Positions 1 through 12,134 of a DNA stretch of 64,000 nt are shown here, one piece after another (within the stretch, counting starts at the first letter, position 1; every line of letters starts with the position of its first letter). Source of the DNA: Selaginella moellendorffii (lineage: Eukaryota; Plantae; Lycopodiophyta). The position numbers and the translations under genes were made by a program. The notes beneath the pieces were generated by a model that ran no database searches, was not told the DNA's origin, and saw only the letters and a list, made by a program, of their open reading frames with translations. The stretch spans positions 1,700,749 through 1,764,748 of the forward strand of contig NW_003314263.1 of NCBI RefSeq assembly GCF_000143415.4, written 5' to 3'.

Positions 1-340
1 TTACATCAACCCACTTAGTCACATAGTCAATACAAACTACCATGTACTTGCAACGAGTATGCTTATTTGTTAGAAAAGGCTTGACAAAACCAATTCCCCA
101 TTTCTTGGATGGCAAACACTAGCAAAGGTGGTTGCAACTGCATCATATCTCTTCTTGATAGTTTCCCAATCCTTTGACATGGATCACAACCTTTCAAATA
201 CTTTGAAATATCTTAGTGCATAGTCAGCCACCAATATCCTATCCTCTTTACCAACTCAATCATAGCTTCCTCACTAAATTGTCCCCCAAAAGGTGAGTCA
301 TGACATGTAGAAATAACTTGAGGTACCTCATGAGCTAGCA
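1..340 (-). mobile_element. Degenerate Ty3/gypsy integrase fragment (Zn-binding domain to start of catalytic core)
   Basis: Minus-strand translation reads CHDSPFGGQF..GYWWLTMH*..CDPCQR..WGIGFVKPF..KYMVVCIDYVTKWVDV, matching gypsy integrase motifs, with a stop and a frameshift. Runs off the window edge. Confidence 0.8.
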
Positions 341-1660
341 CACGCAGCCAGTGTGATCTGCCGCTGCATGAATTTGGCGGCAGTGGGAGAGGCTCGAGAG
401 GCCTAAGCACGCATCAAGAGCTGCGAGGAATGTCGCATGGTCGGGTGTTGTGTCAATCTGCCAGAAAAGCGAGAGTGATTCTTCACAGTGACCAAGCTGG
501 GCATAGGCCACGATGATCGAGCTCCACACTGCTCCATCTGATTGAAGACACGCCTCCCACTGGCGAGGTGGCCTTGCTGGAGAAAACCGGCGATGAGCAC
601 GTTGCATGCCGTGACCATGATCTCCGGCGAGATCTCGAGCAAGAACAATGCTTGATCGAAGTGTCTTTGCCGGGCTTGAGCTCTAGCGACGATGCCCACA
701 AGGAAAGATCTCTCCTGGGCATTGTCTTGAAGAGAAGTATCACTTCGTCGAGGCATCCATTGTGAGCATACGTTTCCAGAGCTCTCTCCGCTGCTTCTTC
801 TGCTCGAAGATGAGCTCGGCCCTCTCCACCGCACCGGATCTCCCAAACATCTTGATCAAGGAGCTCGTGATCGCTACGCAAGGATCCGCAGGCTTGGCTC
901 AAGTGGAAGATCCTCTCACGGCACCAAGGCTGCCACAGGCGTCAATGGCAATGATGTACGTAAGCTTGTTCTTGGGAACTTCCATTGAATCGAAAAGGTC
1001 CAGAGCTTCTTGCAGATGCCCAAGCTGGGCAAGTGCTGTGATCATCGCATTCCAGAGCGGCGTCTTTGTGGCTTTTTTGATGAAAGATCTCAAGCAACCA
1101 TGAGCAGTGATGTTTATCGTGAGCTGTCAGACTTTCATACAAATTAATCGATTTCACAAAATGACCCTTTTTGGCAATGTTGAGAGTTGCACGTTCCTGG
1201 AATCAAAGAGATCCTTTGCCTCCTGGAGCTGTTCTTGGCGAGATGTGGCATCAGTTATCGTCGTCCAAGAGATCACATCAGCGCAAGGCATTCGGTCGAA
1301 GAGCTCTTGTGCTTTGCAAGGATCCCCTGATCGGGCATACGCGGACAGCATCGCATTCCAGCAAATTGCATTCCTGCCAATGATCCGTTTAAAGCACTGC
1401 TCCGCGCTCTCGGCCTTGCCAATCTCCATAAACCACAACAATCACTGTCCCCAAGCGATTTGGGTGTGAATTCCAAGCCAGATCTCTATCCAGTTCCTTG
1501 GCAATAGCATCAAGCTGATGGAATCCGGCGCCACGCCCTCAAGATCCAAGCCCCGGAAAAATCCCAGCGCCTCTCTGCAATGCCCATTCTGGGCATTCGC
1601 CGCGATGATCGTGTTCCAGGACACAAGATCTCTCTCTGGCATGGAATTGAGGATTGTCCA
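335..1660 (-). pseudogene. PLS-class PPR pseudogene
   Basis: PPR motifs are spread over several frames (MPERDLVSWNTIIAANAQNGH, CWNAMLSAYARSGD, LWNAMITALAQLGH, VWSSIIVAYAQLGH), with multiple frameshifts. Confidence 0.85.
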
Positions 1661-2944
1661 GGACTAAGTGATGTAGTTGAAAGCTGCAAGAGAGAAGTCA
1701 ATATGCTGAGTTCTTATGTTAGTATTTTTTTTTACATCAAATGGAAAACATGCCATAATCCACACTTGTTAATCCACACTTGTCCTGTTTGTTCTTAACA
1801 TTTTATTTCCAGCTTTTTATCTAATAATTATGGGAACTGGTTCTGGATAGACCATTTCTCAATATGCATCCTTAGAAAAAAACATAACTACTTCCAGATC
1901 TAAGGAAGTTTTCAATTGCCATTAAAAAGTGATTCAATAGAAGAAACTTAAGGACTGTATAAAAGGGATAAAGAACATATAAATTAGGCTAAGTTTTTTT
2001 TTTCTTTTCTTTACATTGGGAGGAATAGAAAGAACAATCTCTTACAAAACCACAATCTCTTTCATTATAGAATGTAAGGAGCTGATTCATAGCAGTGCGC
2101 GTCATGGTGTCGCATATCAATAATCTGTCCAGCAGCTCGATCATCAGCTCCTTTCGCATCACTTTGCTGGGTCTTTTTTGATATTTAAGGTGAAAATTAT
2201 GAAATCATAAACAATTTTCTTTTCCTAATATAATTGTTTTCTGCAAATTTTCAGTTGAAGACATGGTGCATTATCTATAGTAAGAGGTTTTAAAAAAAGT
2301 GTGGAGAATTATCAATTGAGTGAAATATGGTAATGAATATATGATGAATCATTATATATTTAAACATGTGCAAATTTTTTTTTTTTTTGAGTTGCATATA
2401 AAAATATTATGCATACAAACACTTTACAAGCAATTGAAACATAATCACTTTTTGATTACTATATAAGCAATTAAAACATGATTGTGTGTATAATATTTTT
2501 GTCATATGATATGCTATATATGCATAGGGTATGTCATATATGCATGGGGTATAACATCTTAAACTACCAATTATTTTTTTTGTTTTATTTTTGTGTTATT
2601 AAGTGCAGATTTATGATCCCTTGATTGTGATCATCTCTCTCTTTCTTTGTGTGCATTTCATTGTTTTTCATTCTACGTGACTATACTTCATTTCTCATAA
2701 CTTGAAGGCACATTTTGATCACAATGCACACTAATGTAAATATAGTGTTTTGATCCGTTTTGCAAGTGCTTCTCATTTAGCACAGTTTATTTATAATATG
2801 ATACTTTTATCTAAAGATTCACTTGCTAGTTAAAAAAGCACTCCATTTAACACTTTAAAAATAAAAAATAAAGCTTTACATTCACTTTTGTGCTTCAATT
2901 AATTGTGCTCACCTCTACACCAATCATTTGCTACCATTTGCTAC

Positions 2945-3223
2945 CAACTTAATAGTGACACTTTATTTTTTGATCCAATGGAATGGATGATGTTGCCACA
3001 AACAGCAGAAGAGGATGTGACAAACTCTGCAAAATACTGATATCCTCATTGTAGTGCTTTTTGAACTCCGACTTCCAAGAGTAGAGGGAACCTACGCACC
3101 AAAAATACTACTCTGATTTGGAGCTCAATGATCACAATACTTGTCCAGCTTGGGCATTTGCAGGAAACTCTCGGAAGTCATCCATTCCATTGGATCAAAA
3201 AATAAAGTGTCACTATTAAGTTG
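2945..3223. repeat. Perfect 46-bp inverted repeat (arms 2945-2990 and 3178-3223, 187-nt loop) overlapping a decayed plus-strand PPR fragment
   Basis: CAACTTAATAGTGACACTTTATTTTTTGATCCAATGGAATGGATGA and its exact reverse complement. 3118-3175 resembles the reverse complement of the PPR motif at ~1000-1055. Confidence 0.9.
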
Positions 3224-3834
3224 TCGTGTAGACAATGGCAAGGTTCTTGTGCTCTGCCATTTTAAGCTCTTCAGTAAGCTCTACTAGCTTGGAGAAAAGA
3301 ACAGTCACTTATTTGGACTCTTTGAAATAAGAGGTGAGATTGTAGTTCTAATAAGCTGAGCACCAGGAAGCATTTCTGCATAATTTCCCTTTATAAGGTC
3401 TGCAAACATCTACAACAATATTATCTACTGAGGGAAACTAGCAATGCTAGTAACTTACAACCTCAGTAAACATGGTTCATGGCAGGTGGTACCACTTTGC
3501 TTCTGTGCATTGGAATCTTAAATATTGTGAAGTTTAATTTAGACTTACCATTTGGGTTAAACTTCTCTAGTTCCTATTGATTTTCTTTTATATTTATTTA
3601 TCATTCATCAAGTGTAAAGTTTCTTTCATTATAGCAAGTAATTTGTGATGGTAGTTTTGGGGGAGGGGGGGTACACCTCCCAAAAGGAAAGGTGTACCAA
3701 AGATGGGCGGCATAGCAAAAAAATGTGCAAAGTGTGTATATGTATATATAAAATATATAAATATATGCTTAAATTGATAATATTTTAAATACAATTTTTT
3801 TGGTTTGCTTAAGCAAACCTATAGGGGGACTGGG

Positions 3835-4096
3835 ATGGTAGTGAATATACGTAGAATATGCTTGGATATTCTAGGATATTCTACCATCTAACGGTTGGTA
3901 TTCATTTAGATTAATCTGGTATTTATAATTTATAAACATGTTTATAATTTATAAACTTTCCTAAACCCTTTCTAGTATATTCTTTTTTATTCTATCATCT
4001 AATGGTTGATATGCAATAAGATTAATCTTGTGTTTATAAATTACAAACATGCTTATAATTATAAACTTTATTTGATCAATTAGATTAATAAGTAAT
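3835..4096. repeat. AT-rich dispersed repeat with internal ~115-bp duplication, copy 1
   Basis: Closely matches 19560-19813; an inverted partial copy lies at ~31410-31503. Confidence 0.8.
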
Positions 4097-4196
4097 NNNN
4101 NNNNNNNNNNNNNNNNNNNNNNNNNNNNNNNNNNNNNNNNNNNNNNNNNNNNNNNNNNNNNNNNNNNNNNNNNNNNNNNNNNNNNNNNNNNNNNNN
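4097..4196. other. Assembly gap (100 N)
   Basis: Run of N bases. Confidence 1.
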
Positions 4197-4727
4197 AGCT
4201 TGGCTGTGGATTCCTGTGATCTTACGAGATGAGCTTCGAGCAGGGTGGTAATCACGATAATGATCGAGACGCAACTACGATGCATTATGCGCTAGACAAT
4301 TGAGAAACAAGGCGGCAATGAATATAAGCATGGAATTGGAAGACATGAGAAGAAAGCGCAAGGTGTGTTGGGACGATCTTATGAATCGAGCTAAAGCTCA
4401 AGTTTAAACAATTATTCATAAAATAAGATATTCTTAGAACCTTTCACGTGTGGAGCACATGGGACTATAACAGCTTCCAAGTTTTTTTTTCTTACGATTT
4501 ACTTAAATGAGGCGCTGAGACCTTGTTCAAAGGGGACTGTAACGTCTCCAGTTCTACTACTGTCTCCCAATGGACGATCCAGCGGGAGTGGCATGGCAAG
4601 CTATGCTAAAAGGGAACTTACAAACTCAGTTGAAAAACGTAAATGTCTAGCGAAAAAATTGTAAAGAGTATCAGCAATTATAAGCTTTTGATTCCAGATG
4701 TTGCATACACTTTTCATCAAACGCAGA

Positions 4728-5331
4728 TCACTTCATCAGGTCCACGGTTTTGGGGCACATTCCAGTGCAGCTCCCAAAGCCGTTCTTTTTGCAGCAGTAG
4801 TGTTCCTTGGACGAGTCGCAGAGCTGCTGGCAGCTGCCAAATCCATTCTTGAGGCAGCAGAAATAATTAACGTTTTCCTCGCAGAACTGTTGGCATCCGA
4901 ATCCATTCTTCAGGCAGCAGTAGTATTTGATGTTGGAGTCGCACTCCTGAACACATCCAAAGCCGTTCCTCAGGCAGCAGTATGTATCTTGGAGGCCTGC
5001 AAGCATCAAAAGCGGAAAAGCAGTGGCATAATCAATGTCACAAGGACAGCTCATGATCACAACAAGGAAGATCATAACGTGATTTAAGTTACCGTGTTTC
5101 GGGGTGTTCTGGATGATAACATTGAGATCAGCAGCCTGGTTACCTTCACGAGGCCCATCGATGACGTAAGTCACATCGCTCTCCCTGCCAGTCACTAGAG
5201 CCATTCTACAGGTTAGAGAAACAATTTGCAAGAATGCGGAAGTGTTTGCACGTACGCTGAGTGTTGCGAGATGCATCCACTACGAAGAGCAGCAGGCCAA
5301 AGAGGAGGGCGGAAAGAAGAACTTTGGCCAT
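4728..5331 (-). CDS. Secreted cysteine-rich tandem-repeat peptide precursor, copy 1 (predicted exons 5331-5256, 5194-5093, 4996-4728; ~148 aa)
   Basis: Hydrophobic signal peptide MAKVLLSALLFGLLLFVVDA, two phase-1 GT-AG introns giving an open frame, and four repeats of (Y/F)CCx(K/R)NGFG(S)CxxxC. TATA-like box at 5388-5395. Paralog at 8778-9362. Confidence 0.85.
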
Positions 5332-5387
5332 TCTCCTTGAACTGAAATCAGAAATATTATGCTTGACAATACAAGGTTTTGCATCTG

Positions 5388-5449
5388 TTTATAAAGGAGG
5401 AATGCCTGCATGCATCGCGTGGGCGTCCCCATCCCCACGCGATGCATGC
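5388..5449 (-). promoter_or_regulatory. TATA box plus 16-bp palindrome carrying RY (CATGCA) motifs upstream of peptide gene 1
   Basis: TTTATAAA at 5388-5395; GCATGCATCGCGTGGG (5408-5423) and CCCACGCGATGCATGC (5434-5449). The paralog keeps CTGCATGCATC at ~9431. Confidence 0.55.
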
Positions 5450-5614
5450 TTAAGATAAATAACTAGCATATCACCCAAGAAGGGAAGACTTTATGAATGT
5501 GATTTGCTTGTATCCAATGTCGACTGACTCATTTTAAAAGCGCTCGAATATCCACCAGAATATTTCTTGTAAACCTAAAGTGGGGTTTTAGGGTTCCTCG
5601 AAGGTCTTGCAGGG

Positions 5615-8600
5615 ATGGGGAAGGCGAAGAAGGGGAAGCACCGCTTGGATCGCTTCTACTACCTCGCCAAGGAGCAGGGCTACCGCTCCCGTGCCGCATT
5701 CAAGCTCGTGCAGCTCGATCGCAAGTATGGCTTCCTCAGCTCGGCGCACTCGGTGCTGGATTTGTGCGCGGCGCCCGGGGGATGGATGCAGGTGGCCGTG
5801 GAGAAGATGCCCGTGAGGTCTGTGGTAATCGGCGTGGATCTGGTGCCGATTCGTCCCGTGAGAGGGGCGCTGTCGCTCCAGGGCGATATCACCACTCCAA
5901 AATGCGCGTCGGATATTGGGAAGATTCTCGACCAGAACGGGTTGAGGATGGTCGATGTTGTGCTCCACGATGGCTCCCCCAATGTGGGAGGTGCCTGGGC
6001 CAAAGAAGCCATGACGCAGTCGTCTCTTGTCCTGGATTCTTTGAAGTTGGCTACCAAGTTTCTGGCTCCCAAAGGAACGTTTGTCACCAAGGTACGAAGA
6101 ATTCTTCTTCTTCCTCCATTTTTGAATTTTTCCTTCTTCTCTGATTCCCAAAATTGGTTTTTCTTGCAGGTTTTTCGATCCCAAGATTATAACGCGCTGA
6201 AGTATGCATTTGAACAGGTATGTTTGTCATGGTTTTTTGAGTGATATTTCATTGCCTCTTGTATCGTTTGGTAGCTGTTTGCCAAGGTGGAAGTCACGAA
6301 ACCCATAGCAAGTCGTTCGACATCAGCTGAAATATACGTGGTTGGTCTCAAGTATCTGGCACCCGTGAAAATCGATCCGCGTAACTTGGACCCTCGCTTT
6401 TTATTTGAAGAGATTCCTCAGCCCCCAAAGGTGGGTTTTGTTATTGTAAACAAGGTGCTTGCGCTAAAGCCGAGTAAATTGTGTAGGTGATCGACGTTCT
6501 TCGTAGTAGTAAACAGAAACGTCACCGCGAGGGGTGGGTTCTCACGTCAAATAGACTCTTGGTTTTATGTTTTTTATTTTCTGCAGATACGATGACGCAA
6601 ACACTACTTTTCGTAAAGACTGCACGGCAGCAGACTTCGTCTGGTCCGAAAAACCTCTAGAGCTTCTTGGTAGCATCACGTCTATTTCGTTTGAGGATCC
6701 GAAAAGTTCGCCAATCAAAGACCACGCTGAAACAACTGACGAGGTACGTTCATATCTAATCCTCGTTTGCTTGTTTTGATTTGGAGGACTTTTTTTCTTG
6801 TAGATAAAAGCATTATGCGAAGACCTTAGAGTTCTGGGGAAGAAAGAATTCAAGCAACTTTTGAAGTAGGTTCTACTTCTCGTGGCTGTTGTCTTTCATG
6901 CTCATTTGGTTCTCTCAGGTGGTGCCTGCATGTACGAAAAGCTCTTTCGAAAACGTCAGCTTCGGAGGAAACAGAGGGTGATAAGGCTGCTGAAAAGGAT
7001 GACGACGAAAAAGAAGATGAAGACGAGGATATGCTAAAGAAAATGGAGGAGCTCAAGTCTCTAATGGATTCGAAAAGCAAGCAGGCGAAGAAGAAGGCTG
7101 CCAAGCGTAAACAGAAGGTACATATTGTTTGTCTATCTTTTGTTGTTGTGTATGTTGATGGGCCACAACACTGCAGCTAAACGCACGAAATAGAACAGGG
7201 ATGCAAGTCGATGTCTTGGGAGACACTTATGGCGAGCGGGATCTGTTCTCTTTGGGCTCAATCAAGGTTTGTTTGTCCGCTTTCTCGTCTGTGCCTAGGA
7301 GCTCATGTTGGACACTTTTCCAGGCGAAGAAAAGCTTGGATCGGGTGGAAGATGCGGATGACGACATGTTGGACAGCGATGACAATGTGAAGGATGAAAC
7401 GAGTAAGCAGGACATGGAGCGGAAGGATGACGAAGACAATGATGTGGATTCTGACGTCGAGCGCGAAAGGTAAGAACTACGCCTTGAAGTGTTAACGTAA
7501 TCTCTCGCAGATACAACGACGAGCTGGAATCTTTCCTCGATCGTGCATACGAACGCTACCGGAGCAAGACTGAAAGCAACACTGCACGGCGGAAACGCGC
7601 AAGAATGGCTAACGCAGGAGACGAAAAGCTGTGGGAGGTAAGCCAAATGAAAGTGCTAGAACTTGCAAGCAGCTGACAATATCCTTAGGAGGACGTGGAA
7701 GAGAATGCTTCTGAGGAAGAAGAAAACGAAGTAGAAGAAGAGGAGGAGGAGGAGGCCAATCCTCTGGTCGTGTCGCTTCCCAAGGCCAAGCTCTCGAAGG
7801 AACAGATTGCACAGCAATGGTTCAGTCAAGACATCTTCGCCGGTTTAGATCAAACCCCGGAGACGGATACCAACAAGGACAAGACTGCCAAGGACGCTCC
7901 TCCGAGCGATGTCACGGTTGCGCCAGGAAAGCTCAAGAGAGCACGGGAAGACTTTGAGGTTGTAGCAGCCGAGCCGAGTGGTTCGTCCGACTCTTCCTCG
8001 GACGAAGAGGAGGACTACGACAGCGACGCCAAGGCAGAGATCCTCACTTACGCCAAGAAGATGCTGCGGAAGAAGGACAGAGACAGGATCATCGACGACG
8101 CCTACAACAAGTACATGTTCGACGACGAGGGGCTCCCGGAATGGTTCGCGGACGACGAGAAGCGGCACTGCAAGATTCAGAAGCCATTCACCAAGGAAGA
8201 GGTCCAGGCGATGAGGGCGCAGTTTAGAGCGATAGACGCCAGGCCCGTGAAGAAGGTTGCTGAGGCCAAGGCTCGCAAGAAGCGGAGGGTGATGAAGAAA
8301 ATGGAGCAAGCACGAAGCAGAGCGGCGGCGATTGCCGATCAGCCGGACATCTCGAACAAGTCCAAGAACAGGATGATGGACAAGGTTTACAAGAAAGCGG
8401 CGGCGACGACCAATAAGCGTCCCAAGCGGGAGCTCGTTGTGGCGAAGAAGGGCGTGAGGGTCAAGGGTGGCAAAGGGAAGCTTGTGGTGGATCGTCGCAT
8501 GAAGAAGGACTCACGATCCCGAGGAAGTGGCAAGCCTGGCAAAGGCGGTGGAAAAGGTGGTAAGACGGGTGGCAAAGGTGCGAGCAAAGGCAAACGTGGC

Positions 8601-8672
8601 AAGCCTGCGAACAGAGGCAAAGGTGGCAAGCCTGCGAGCAAAGGCAATGGTGGCGCCAAGCCCAGAAGATGA
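5615..8672 (+). CDS. SPB1: SPB1/FTSJ3-like pre-rRNA 2'-O-methyltransferase (multi-exon)
   Basis: [52 protein letters not shown], and Spb1 C-terminal motifs ([37 protein letters not shown]). Short GT-AG introns; telo-box-like TAGGGTT just upstream. Confidence 0.95.
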
Positions 8673-8777
8673 TTATATTGTTTTACACTGATGGCAAATG
8701 GTGTTTTGTTAAAGTGAAAGGTTGTCACAGAAGCAATTTATTCTTTGAATGCATTCACACATGTTCATCAAGCAAAA

Positions 8778-9362
8778 TCACATCAGATTCACCGTTTTGG
8801 GGCACAGTCCAACGCAGGAACCAGAAACGTTCGTCTTGCAGCAGTAGTGTTTCTTGGACAAGTCGCACAGCTGCAAACAGCTGCGAAATGCATTCTTGAG
8901 GCAGCAGAAGTAATTGACTTTGGGGTCGCAGAGTTGCAGGCAGCTGCCGACTCCATTCTTGAGGCAGCAGTAGTCCGACTCGCACTCCTGAAGACATGAT
9001 CCGAAACCATCCTTCAGGCAGCAGTATGTATCTTGGAGGCCTACAGCATTAACGAACGGAGAAACCGTGGCGCATAATCAAAAGCTCCTGATCATACCGT
9101 GCTTCCAGGGAGCTGCTGGGTGACAACGTTGTTGAGACCAGGGCCAGCCTCGCTGCCTTCACGACGTCCCTCGACAATGACATTGTAATTCTCACTGGTG
9201 CTCTCCTTGTCAACCGCTACACATGGATTCCACAGATTAGGGAGCAAGAATCTTGAAATTGCAATGCAGAAGTTCGCACGTACGCTGAGTGTTGCGAGAT
9301 GCATCGGCTGCCAAGAGCAGCAGGCCGAAGAGGAGGGAGGAAAGAACAAGCAATTTCGCCAT
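8778..9362 (-). pseudogene. Cysteine-rich tandem-repeat peptide precursor, copy 2 (exons 9362-9284, 9216-9098, 9040-8778); apparent frameshift at end of exon 2
   Basis: Same signal peptide and intron layout as copy 1. Exon 3 encodes LQDTYCCLKDGFGSCLQECESDYCCLKNGVGSCLQLCDPKVNYFCCLKNAFRSCLQLCDLSKKHYCCKTNVSGSCVGLCPKTVNLM. Exon 2 ends in phase 0 but exon 3 needs phase 1. Confidence 0.7.
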
Positions 9363-9760
9363 TGAACTGAAACTTTAGAGCTACAATTTCAAGCTTGCAT
9401 CTGTTTATATGCGCTGCTGCTGGGCAACGCCTGCATGCATCTCGTAATTAGCTACTATTTAGAAATGAAGGGAATGTCACTACTAGGATGATGGAAATCT
9501 ACGCTGAATGAAACTTGTTAGTATGGCCTTATCCATCCATTGCAGTGACAATTTGCAGGACCAGAGTTAAAGTATCCTGGAGAGCAACAACCTGATATTG
9601 AATGGAAAAGCCTGCACAGAGAAGTACGGGAAAACTGGCATCCCTATTGGCCCGCTAACAGAGAGAGATATTTTGATTACTTAGAGGTTTAAATTAATTA
9701 CACAGTAAAGTAGTCCCTTGAATATTCTAGCTCCACTTTTTGACGACCTTAGGGATAAAA

Positions 9761-11783
9761 ATGGCGAGGAGCTGCGCGCACTTGCTCCTGGCAGCGATTG
9801 CCGTCCTGATTCAGGTAAACGCAAAGGAATGGCGAACAGGAACTCATCACCATCATCGCATGCAATCGCCGAGAAGAGGAGCCGCGCTGCCGCTTGCCTT
9901 GAAAGAAGGCTTCGCCTACACGGAGCACTACTTCCAGCAGACGCTGGATCACTTCAATGTGGGGAATATAACGCTCTTTCCCCAGCGCTATCTCCTGCAC
10001 AATGCCTCGTGGAGTGGAGGTGCCAGTGGAGCTCCCATCTTCGTCTACTGTGGTAACGAGGGCGACATTGTGTGGTTTGCCGAGAACACTGGGTTTATGT
10101 TTGATATTGCTCCTCTCTTTGGAGCACTGCTCGTCTTCCCCGAGGTTGGTTTTTATTCTTTCTCGTTCTTCTTTCCTTCGATCAATCTCTCTCTCTCTCT
10201 CTCTCTCTTTTTCTGTGATTGTAGCACCGATTCTATGGAAAATCCCAGCCTTTTGGAGGCCAAAACGGTCCCAAGGAACTCGCATTTTGCTCTGCCGAGC
10301 AAGCTCTGGCCGATTTCGCGACGCTCATACTTGATCTCAAGAGGAATCTCTCGGCGCAAGCATCGCCAGTGGTGGTCTTTGGCGGTTCTTATGGTGGAAG
10401 TAAGGTGGTTTCAATGAGATTTTCTTTGGAGGTTCTCATAAGCTTTTTTCAGTGTTGGCTGCGTGGTTTCGGCTGAAGTATCCACACATTGCGATCGGAG
10501 CTCTCGCGTCGTCAGCACCAATACTACAGTTCGAGAACATTGTTCCATACACTACGTTCTATGACATCGTCTCGAACGCTTTCAAGGTTGGCATTGAAAG
10601 TTTTTCCGGGTTTTTGTAAGTGTTTTATCTCAGAGGGAGGGGGAGAAGTGCTTCGAGATCATACGCAATTCATGGACAGCAATCACGGAAGCTGCTGAAC
10701 AGCAGAACGGGCTTCGCAATCTCAGCCAAGATTTTCATATGTGCAGGTAAGTAAATTTACCATTGTTTTCCATCTAGGAAAAACCAAAAAATCTTTTTGT
10801 TCTTGTAGCGATTTCAAAAACGCGGATGAGTTGATAAACTGGCTAGAGTCTGCGTACTCGTACCTCGCCATGGCCAACTATCCATATGCAGCTAATTTTA
10901 CAATGCCACTTCCTGCGCATCCCGTTCGAAAGGTTTGCAAAACGAAAAAAAGAGTAAAAGAAGCCCTCTAAACTCATGTCTATTTCAGGTCTGCCAGGCA
11001 ATGGTGAACTCTCCCGTGGCGTCAAGCATTCTTCAAAGAATATACGCGGGAGTGAATGTTTACTACAACTTTACAGGGGCCGCAAAATGCTTTGATCTTG
11101 ACGATGATCCGCATGGTTTAAGCGGGTGGAACTGGCAGGTTTTTTCTTCTTTTTGTTTCCTTGTCAGATATAACTAGTCGTCTCTTCAGTCTTGCACCGA
11201 GATGGTTATGCCAATGAGCTCCAATTCCAATACAAGTATGTATCCTCCATTCGAGTGGGATGGCGAGGCCTGGAGCAGGTTTTGCTGGGAAAATTATGGT
11301 GCAATACCTCGGCCGAGCTGGGTGACAACGGAGTTTGGAGGCCATGTAAGTAAGACTTTTGTTTTTCGGTTAGCTGAATTGCATGCACCACTACAGGATA
11401 TCAAGTCTGTGTTGAGAAACTTTGGAAGCAACATTGTCTTCTCGAATGGCTTGCTGGATCCTTGGAGCGGTGGAAGGCAAGCCATGAATGATTCTTTTCG
11501 TTTGTGTAGCTCACTCATCGATTTTGGTGGTGTGCAGTGTTCTGGAGAGCATATCGAGCACAATACTGGCGTTTGTCACGAAAGAAGGTAGAAACAAAAG
11601 CTTTTCTCACGCTTCCGGCTGCTCAGATGAAATGGAAAACGTGTTTCTTCAGGAGCCCATCACCTTGATTTTCGGTGGAGTAGAAAAGACGACCCGCAAT
11701 GGCTCATTGAGCAGCGGGAGTCGGAAGTGAGGGAAATCAAACGCTGGCTGAGTGAGTACCATCAAAACGTCTTTGTCATTTGA
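9761..11783 (+). CDS. PRCP: Lysosomal Pro-X carboxypeptidase-like serine peptidase (family S28), multi-exon
   Basis: Signal peptide; [27 protein letters not shown], catalytic GGSYGG (10381), [26 protein letters not shown]. Confidence 0.93.
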
Positions 11784-12134
11784 TAAACTGATACATAAAC
11801 TGGAACTCGGATGATTAACTAAAACTATTTAATTATTAACTATTTGAAAGTGTGTATATATAAAATTTCTTTTACTTGGCATGGTGTAAAAATAGAATAC
11901 AAAAATGTGCATATTTAACTATAGTTTATACACACAACAAAAATTTTCTTGAGCGATACACATCCTTTAGATTCCAAAATAAATAATTCGTAATTAGTAA
12001 TCTAAATATGCATGTAAAAGGTCGGATTCGTAAGTTGCGAATCTACTAATCCCATTACATTCAATAATTTGTTGACGTAATGAGATCATCGACAAAAGCT
12101 TTAGCTTATTAATTACCTAGGCACACTCAATTCT

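Noticed and set aside
3670-3698. Small GGTACACCT/AGGTGTACC hairpin as a Helitron 3' end
   Set aside because: No CTRR terminus at the expected distance.
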